From: Candidatus Hermodarchaeota archaeon
Lineage (GTDB): Archaea; Asgardarchaeota; Heimdallarchaeia; Hodarchaeales; Hodarchaeaceae
Direction of reading: 5' to 3'
Length of the DNA stretch: 32,000 nucleotides
Assembly (NCBI GenBank): GCA_048886185.1
Contig: JBHLKY010000023.1
Coordinates: 30,001-62,000, forward strand
Part shown: positions 26,418 through 32,000 of the stretch, in pieces
Layout of the letters: every line of letters starts with the position of its first letter
Position numbering within the stretch: the first letter of the stretch is position 1
Program-made: the position numbers and the translations under genes
Notes under the pieces: generated by a model
Told to the model about the DNA's origin: nothing
Databases searched by the model: none
The model's input: only the letters and a program-made list of their open reading frames with translations

Positions 26418-27374
26418 TCATCTTGTTTTCAACTCTGGAATCTTTGGTACTGTTCTTGCATAATTTGATGCGTGATAATAATAATTTACCTTTTTTATCG
26501 CTTCTAAAGGAATGTTAATATCCTCTGCAATCTTTTCTAAGGATAAATCGGATTCCAACCTTATTAAAATACGATCAACATCTTCTACAGGAATGTTGAA
26601 GAAAAATTCATAACTTGAAGGTGATTGAATAACTTTGGAAGAAATATACTCTTGAAGTTCAAGATGTCTTGCTAGTTGGAGGACCTGAGTTCGATAAAGA
26701 CTTGCCAATGGCAAGAAATCACACGCATGATATGTACCAAACTTTGTAAACAATCCTAATGACCACTCTGTTTTGTTTGATGATCCTATTACAGAAATGT
26801 TCTCTATTTCAGCCAAGAGAAATGCTAAAAGCATACCTAAGCGAATTTGACTTTTATGATGAGCAATTGTACGTTGGATAAACCTCTCCCGTTGAGAGGA
26901 AGGGTGCTTTGCAGGTGGAGAATATGTTTTTTTCTCAATTTCCCTACTTGCCATATCACGGAGTAATAGATAACTAAGATTGTAATTAAGAGATGAGATT
27001 AGCTCTGGAGTAACAAATCTTGACCTGATTTCATATTGTTCAGTAAATACTCCTCTTATTTCTTTAAGTATTCCTTCCTTATTTGCAAAAATAATGTTTT
27101 CTCGTGGTAATTTGATGTATTTATTAATTGATTCTAGATCCATTTCTTCACGGGGTTGCTTGTTAAGAAATCTTCCCTTTGTAACAAGCACCTTAACATT
27201 TTCTTTTCCAACTATTTCTTTAGCAAGATGGACATTTGTGATACTCTCAACACAGTCTCTATAAAGAACTAGAAGCCCATTGATATCTCTTTCTGCTAGA
27301 ATAGAGCGAATAAAGCTCTTAATTTGAGACTGTACTTTAACTGGATCTATTATCAAATTTGTGTCAAATGCCAT
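26418..27374 (-). CDS. NAD+ synthetase (NadE)-like protein with degenerate active site
   Basis: Collinear with NadE: DPVKVQSQIKSFIR, GKENV, VIGSSNKTEWSLGLFTKFG, DFLPLASLYRTQVLQLARHL. The SGGxDS loop position reads YRDCVES. ATG at 27374 has a GGAGA Shine-Dalgarno-like motif. Confidence 0.75.
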   Translation of the reverse strand: MAFDTNLIIDPVKVQSQIKSFIRSILAERDINGLLVLYRDCVESITNVHLAKEIVGKENVKVLVTKGRFLNKQPREEMDLESINKYIKLPRENIIFANKEGILKEIRGVFTEQYEIRSRFVTPELISSLNYNLSYLLLRDMASREIEKKTYSPPAKHPSSQRERFIQRTIAHHKSQIRLGMLLAFLLAEIENISVIGSSNKTEWSLGLFTKFGTYHACDFLPLASLYRTQVLQLARHLELQEYISSKVIQSPSSYEFFFNIPVEDVDRILIRLESDLSLEKIAEDINIPLEAIKKVNYYYHASNYARTVPKIPELKTR

Positions 27375-27816
27375 TCTACTTTCTCCACACCTATACATAA
27401 GATTGCATTTCTTTAAAATTATTTTTTGAAGGGTCATAAAAAGAAATTCAGAAAATTGTGAGTATTTACTTTATACACATTATGGTGTGATAAATCCGTA
27501 ATTAAGGTTCATTTTACTAAATATTAAGTGATTTTACTGTTCAGCCTTCATTTATTGGTAAATGAATTCTCTCAATTAATGATTTGGATACCATGAAACC
27601 CACTTATGAAGAAGGCACCCGAAAAGTTACAAAATATTAAGTTGAATTAGAGTAGCCAAAAGATTCTTGAAGAACTAGTTCTAATCACCATTATCAAGGT
27701 ACATAAAAAATAATGAATTTTAGGAATGCAAAAAACCATTAAACACTAGCAGCTTTAGACTTAATGATAAAAATAACGAAACTAGAAAGAACTAAAATCA
27801 GGTGTAACATAATAAG

Positions 27817-29319
27817 ATGACTGAGGAAAGAGATCAGATCAATCCAGAAAAAAGAGGAAAAATCTCACTTTATTCTCGGTTATTCGATTATGGTTGGCTT
27901 AACAAACGTCGCTTTATTGATATCCTTTTAATCTCTGTTTTGATTCTCTTTTCTAGTCTATTTCTCTTTTTTTATCATAATGATCCTCATATAGGAAACA
28001 TGATACTTTTTTCAATGATTTTTGTTGGAACCTTTTTATTAGTAGCAAGATATCACAATCTTCAATTAACTATTATCCTCGTCTCTTGTTCTATATCTGT
28101 ACTTTTGGCTTTTTTTTTGTTAGAAGATTTCCATTGGAATCGTATAATTGATCACTACATGGAGTGGGAGGTTCTAGCCGTAGTTTTTGGTATGTCAATC
28201 TTAGTAGAGGCAACCTCAGAAACAGGACTCTTCGATTGGTTAATAATACGGATGCTTAAGATATCTAAGGGAAATATCTTTCCTCTTTTTGCTCTTACTT
28301 TCCTCCTCACATTCTCTCTATCCACTGTCCTTGCTAATGTGACCGCGATGATCTTAGTCAGCTCAATGATCCTTACAGTATGTAATGGATTAGATTACGA
28401 TCCAACTCCTTTTTTACTTGGTGCTGTACTTGCAACAAGTATCGCGGGGATGGCAACACTAGTAAGTTCGCTTCCATCAATTATGGTTGGAGCTCCATCA
28501 GCAGGAAATATTGGATTTCTTGATTTTATAGTTGTTTCAATACCCTTTCTTTTAATTACAATTCCTATTTCGATTTTTTACTTGAAATGGGCATTTCCAT
28601 CAGAAAAAATACCTTTGGGAAATGTACCAATAAATGGGATAGATACCCAAATGATCCTTTCTCTTGATGAATGGGGAGTTGTTGAAGATCGTAGAAAGTT
28701 TTATCTAGCAGCACTTTCACTAATAATAACAATTATAGGTTTTGCTATTTCTCAACCATTGAAATTTCCCATAGGCGTGATCGCAATTCTAGGAGGTATA
28801 TTAGCGATTGTTTTAACAAGGAGTGATGAAAATCGTCTCATTCGTGAGCTTTCTTGGGATACTTTGTTATTTTTTGGCGGATTATTCATTTTAGTTGGTA
28901 CATTAGAAGATACATATGTTCTTCAAGACATAGCAGAGTCTCTTAAAGTAATAAGTGGTGGAAACTTGTTTTTCGCAGGTTTCCTTATATTAATAATTGC
29001 TTCAGTGGTCAGTGGAATTCTTGATAATATTCCTGTAACTGCTGCATTGATACCTATTGTTGCTGACATAAATGAACCATTTCTGGAAACAAATCCCTGG
29101 TTTCTATGGTTTATCCTAGTTTTTGCAGGAGCTTTTGGGGGTGGATTAACACCATTTGGTAGTGCTGCTTCAATTCTCGCAATCTCTATCCTTACGAAAG
29201 AGGGTCAGCCATTAAATTTTAGGTACTTTATGAGTCGACTTGTCCCTATCTCCCTCATTCTGCTTGTAATTAGTGGAATTTATCTATCTATTCTAGCTTT
29301 TGTCTTGGGGATTATTTAA
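27817..29319 (+). CDS. ArsB/NhaD (IT superfamily, P-protein-like) ion/anion permease
   Basis: About 12-14 hydrophobic segments, plus FGMSILV...TGLFDWL, LSTVLANVT, YDPTPFLL, WDTLLFFGGLFILVG.L, SGILDNIPVTAALIP and FGGGLTPFGSAA. Confidence 0.85.
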   Translation: MTEERDQINPEKRGKISLYSRLFDYGWLNKRRFIDILLISVLILFSSLFLFFYHNDPHIGNMILFSMIFVGTFLLVARYHNLQLTIILVSCSISVLLAFFLLEDFHWNRIIDHYMEWEVLAVVFGMSILVEATSETGLFDWLIIRMLKISKGNIFPLFALTFLLTFSLSTVLANVTAMILVSSMILTVCNGLDYDPTPFLLGAVLATSIAGMATLVSSLPSIMVGAPSAGNIGFLDFIVVSIPFLLITIPISIFYLKWAFPSEKIPLGNVPINGIDTQMILSLDEWGVVEDRRKFYLAALSLIITIIGFAISQPLKFPIGVIAILGGILAIVLTRSDENRLIRELSWDTLLFFGGLFILVGTLEDTYVLQDIAESLKVISGGNLFFAGFLILIIASVVSGILDNIPVTAALIPIVADINEPFLETNPWFLWFILVFAGAFGGGLTPFGSAASILAISILTKEGQPLNFRYFMSRLVPISLILLVISGIYLSILAFVLGII

Positions 29320-29521
29320 ATAAGAAGTTTCTTTTCTCAAATCTTTGGTATCTTGAGAATGAAAATTTGTTCGTGTTCAAGGGATTAGATCTTATTTTTA
29401 GGTGAAAATTTATTGGTTTAATTCCTAAATAACTTTAGACATTAAAATGACATTATGTTCTTTAAAAGTGAGTCTAGAGAATTTATCCGAATATACAATA
29501 CTACCCATTTAGAAAAATATA

Positions 29522-29554
29522 TATTCTACTAGTGGAAATTATACTAGTAGAATA
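29522..29554. promoter_or_regulatory. Perfect 12-bp inverted repeat, putative PadR autoregulatory operator
   Basis: TATTCTACTAGT-ggaaattat-ACTAGTAGAATA. It overlaps an AGAAAA-ATATATAT BRE/TATA-like element and ends 2 nt before the PadR GTG start. Confidence 0.7.
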
Positions 29555-29556
29555 AA

Positions 29557-30216
29557 GTGAGGCGAATCCAATTTAGTAATTTAGAATTCATCCCACCAAC
29601 TCAAATATCATTACTATTGATACTATCGGAAAGTCCAGCTCATGCTTGGCACATAAAGAAAGTGCTTGATGAAAGAGGCTTTGAAGAGTGGGTCAATATG
29701 AAAAAATCTACAATTTACAAGAACTTGGGTATATTAGAGGAAAAAGGGTACATCAAAGGATCGAAAAAATCACAAGAGCAGCTTTCAAGGAAAATTTACA
29801 AAATTACTGGTAGCGGTCAAAAGAAATTAAAAGAACAAATTCAGTTTTGTTTGTGTAATCCTCCAAAGGCAAAAACATTGTTTGATCTAGGACTGGCAGG
29901 AATCTCGTTGGTGACAAAATCTAATGCTATCTCTGCTTTAGAAAAATACAAAGGTCATCTGGATAATCGTATCAAGTGGTTTGAAAGAATTCTTAATCAA
30001 ATGGATAGTGTGAATGAAATTGTACGAGAAGGGGCCAAACAAAGGATAGTAGGTGGGATGACTGCAGAAGAATTTCAAAGTTCAGGGATTTCATACTGTA
30101 TTAAAGCTCTCTTCGATCGGCCATATTGGGTACTCAAGGCTCAGAAAGCGTGGTTGGAAGGATTCATTCATTCGATCAAAGAGGATGACGGAGAATTTAT
30201 GTTTCAAGAGGAGTAG
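29557..30216 (+). CDS. PadR family winged-helix transcription regulator
   Basis: LLLILSESPAHAWHIKKVL...STIYKNLGILEEKGYI...RKIYKITGSG, with a helical C-terminal dimerisation region. Confidence 0.9.
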   Translation: MRRIQFSNLEFIPPTQISLLLILSESPAHAWHIKKVLDERGFEEWVNMKKSTIYKNLGILEEKGYIKGSKKSQEQLSRKIYKITGSGQKKLKEQIQFCLCNPPKAKTLFDLGLAGISLVTKSNAISALEKYKGHLDNRIKWFERILNQMDSVNEIVREGAKQRIVGGMTAEEFQSSGISYCIKALFDRPYWVLKAQKAWLEGFIHSIKEDDGEFMFQEE

Positions 30217-30346
30217 AAATGTACATGCAATCTCTCATTAGAATTTTTCCCCATATTAAAAGTAATTATTGTGAATCCACCAAATTGGCATGATTATTTC
30301 AAAGGAAAATATAATTCAAGAAACACGAGAAAATGGAGAAATTTGA

Positions 30347-31384
30347 ATGAAAAACAACGAATACCTAATTCCAAATTTTCATCATGTACCAGGAGTTCAC
30401 TGCACTTCCTCCGCCATTAGAGATATCTTCCAATTTCATGGATTTAACATGAGTGAAGCAATGATTTTTGGCATAGGTAGTGGTATGGGACTAGCGTTTG
30501 GGAAAATAGGCAGTCAGAATCCGATTATTGGTGGACGACAGTATAAATTTGAAGACAATCTTTGCAAGCTGCTCAATATCATACTCAACAAATTTCAGAC
30601 TACAAATGAAGAAGAAGGCTGGTCACGACTCCAAGGTATGCTAAAAAGCAATATTCCAGCCGCAATAAACGTTGATATGGCTTATCTACCATATCAAGAG
30701 TTACCAGAGGAATTTCATTTTGGTCAACATACAATTGTTGTAGCTGGTTACAATCCTGAGAAATCTACGGTTCTTATTGCGGATACTCATTTTCCTGATA
30801 TGAAAGAAATATCACTTGAGGATTTAACAAATTCTAGAAATTCCTCTTATGATCGATGGATGGATCCAAGAAACTTTATCTATGAATTTACTTTTCCAGA
30901 AGCTATCCTAGATTTAGCAGATATTATACCCACTGCCATTCGAACAAATGGAGTGAACATTCAAAAAAAGAGTAGAATGATGCGTATATTTGGGATAACT
31001 AATGGTCTTGATGCTATCAGTAAATTCTCACAAAGTTTAAAGAAATTATCAACCTTGAGTAATCTAGAACTTCAAGAACGGTGTAATGAAATATCAGGAT
31101 TTATCTCAGAGTATGGAACTGGTGGTGGCCTCTTCAGGTTACTTTATTCACGATTTTTGGAAGAATCAGCTGATATATGCAGCGATCCTTCGTTAGTTAA
31201 ATTAGGGGAGTATTACAAAAATCTTGGCAATAAATGGGAAGAAATATCCCAAAATATTCTAAGAATACCCGAATCATCCGATCAAGAGAGAAAGCAAGTG
31301 ATACTACTAGTTATGGACATCCTGAATAAAATACGGATGCTAGAAGAGAAAGGTGCCCAAAAACTTCAAGGATACTCTGGTTAG
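30347..31384 (+). CDS. BtrH_N/DUF4872 papain-like (NlpC/P60-related) cysteine peptidase
   Basis: GVHCTSSAIRD (catalytic Cys), SEAMIFGIGSG, DMAYLPY, HFGQHTIVVAGY (His), VLIAD and YGTGGGLFRLLYSRFL. Confidence 0.8.
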   Translation: MKNNEYLIPNFHHVPGVHCTSSAIRDIFQFHGFNMSEAMIFGIGSGMGLAFGKIGSQNPIIGGRQYKFEDNLCKLLNIILNKFQTTNEEEGWSRLQGMLKSNIPAAINVDMAYLPYQELPEEFHFGQHTIVVAGYNPEKSTVLIADTHFPDMKEISLEDLTNSRNSSYDRWMDPRNFIYEFTFPEAILDLADIIPTAIRTNGVNIQKKSRMMRIFGITNGLDAISKFSQSLKKLSTLSNLELQERCNEISGFISEYGTGGGLFRLLYSRFLEESADICSDPSLVKLGEYYKNLGNKWEEISQNILRIPESSDQERKQVILLVMDILNKIRMLEEKGAQKLQGYSG

Positions 31385-31469
31385 AATAATGAGGGCTTAT
31401 ATTTGTTTATTCTTATATTCAACCTACTTTAGAGTAAGCATTTATTCTGGAAAAGAAAAAAAGAGGGAA

Positions 31470-32000
31470 TTAATCCCAGAGAAAATGATCAAGAAACGAA
31501 GAGGCAATGTTTACTCCAAGTTCACCAAAAAGGGAACCTAAACTATTACTCGAAGTACCGCCGATCCTCAAGACCTTATCACCCTCCACGATAGATATAC
31601 CATCCTGAGGATCAACCTGAACTAGGTGATGCTCCCCTTTACGAACTGAAATTTGTTTTTTATGAATTAAAACGAATTTTTTTTCTTCTGCAACAAGAAG
31701 AAAGTTTTTGCGACCGAATATGACATACTCATGATCTTTATCATCAAAAGAAATGTTCATATGGGGATCAGACTCTTCGATCCAATATTTTAATTTTGCA
31801 ATCATCTCTTTAGCTTGGTCTTTAATATTTTGGGCTTCCTGTTCGCTAAGAGTGCTCTGATGAAGAAAATTTTTCAATTCTGAGATAGAAAGGCCAAAAA
31901 TGACCAAATTAGAACCAGTAAACGTTGTGGTGTTCCCAACAGCACCTTGAGACGTGTGAACAATTGCATCAACAACAGCTTCAATCTGACCTAAGATCAC
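31470..32000 (-). CDS. Hypothetical protein, C-terminal part (5' end probably outside window)
   Basis: Frame open from the window edge to a stop at 31470. The GTG at 32000 is probably internal. No family recognised. Confidence 0.6.
   Translation of the reverse strand: MILGQIEAVVDAIVHTSQGAVGNTTTFTGSNLVIFGLSISELKNFLHQSTLSEQEAQNIKDQAKEMIAKLKYWIEESDPHMNISFDDKDHEYVIFGRKNFLLVAEEKKFVLIHKKQISVRKGEHHLVQVDPQDGISIVEGDKVLRIGGTSSNSLGSLFGELGVNIASSFLDHFLWD

Noticed and set aside
31353-31541. 62-aa ORF bridging the BtrH-like gene and the last gene
   Set aside because: It overlaps both neighbours and has no motif, so it is probably spurious.
1-32000. tRNA, rRNA, CRISPR arrays, IS elements or proviral genes
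   Set aside because: By eye, the intergenic regions (1520-1900, 9630-9975, 10160-10470, 11650-11905, 26115-26415, 27380-27815, 29320-29555) are AT-rich, with no cloverleaf or T-loop motifs, regular repeat-spacer units, or transposase/integrase ORFs. A tRNAscan/Infernal run would be needed to exclude small ncRNAs.

Overview
AT-rich archaeal chromosomal segment, most likely from an Asgard archaeon (Heimdallarchaeia/Hodarchaeales-like). This is an inference from two Rab-like GTPases, a longin-like protein, a HemK2 methyltransferase, a plant-like Topo VI and a bacterial-type gyrase. The centrepiece is a 12.9-kb, four-gene, same-strand topoisomerase cluster, gyrB-gyrA-top6B-top6A, with 15-16 bp gaps. 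Its Top6B is 2314 aa: an intact core of about 560 aa plus about 1750 aa holding roughly 28 helix-hairpin-helix-like modules (counted by eye). Its Top6A (Spo11 family) carries an N-terminal ubiquitin-like segment. The flanks encode an SMC/Sph-like C-terminus, RidA, DUF296, a Zn-finger/Mrr-like protein coupled to a divergent GTPase, a 961-aa longin-like helical protein, a 2TM+RCK channel-like protein with a separate RCK paralogue, a CdrS-like RHH protein, a metallophosphoesterase, a minimal kinase-fold protein, a degenerate NadE paralogue, an ArsB/NhaD permease, a PadR regulator with a palindromic operator, and a BtrH-like peptidase. No rRNA, tRNA, CRISPR array or mobile element was recognised. 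All family calls come from motif reading only; no database search was run.
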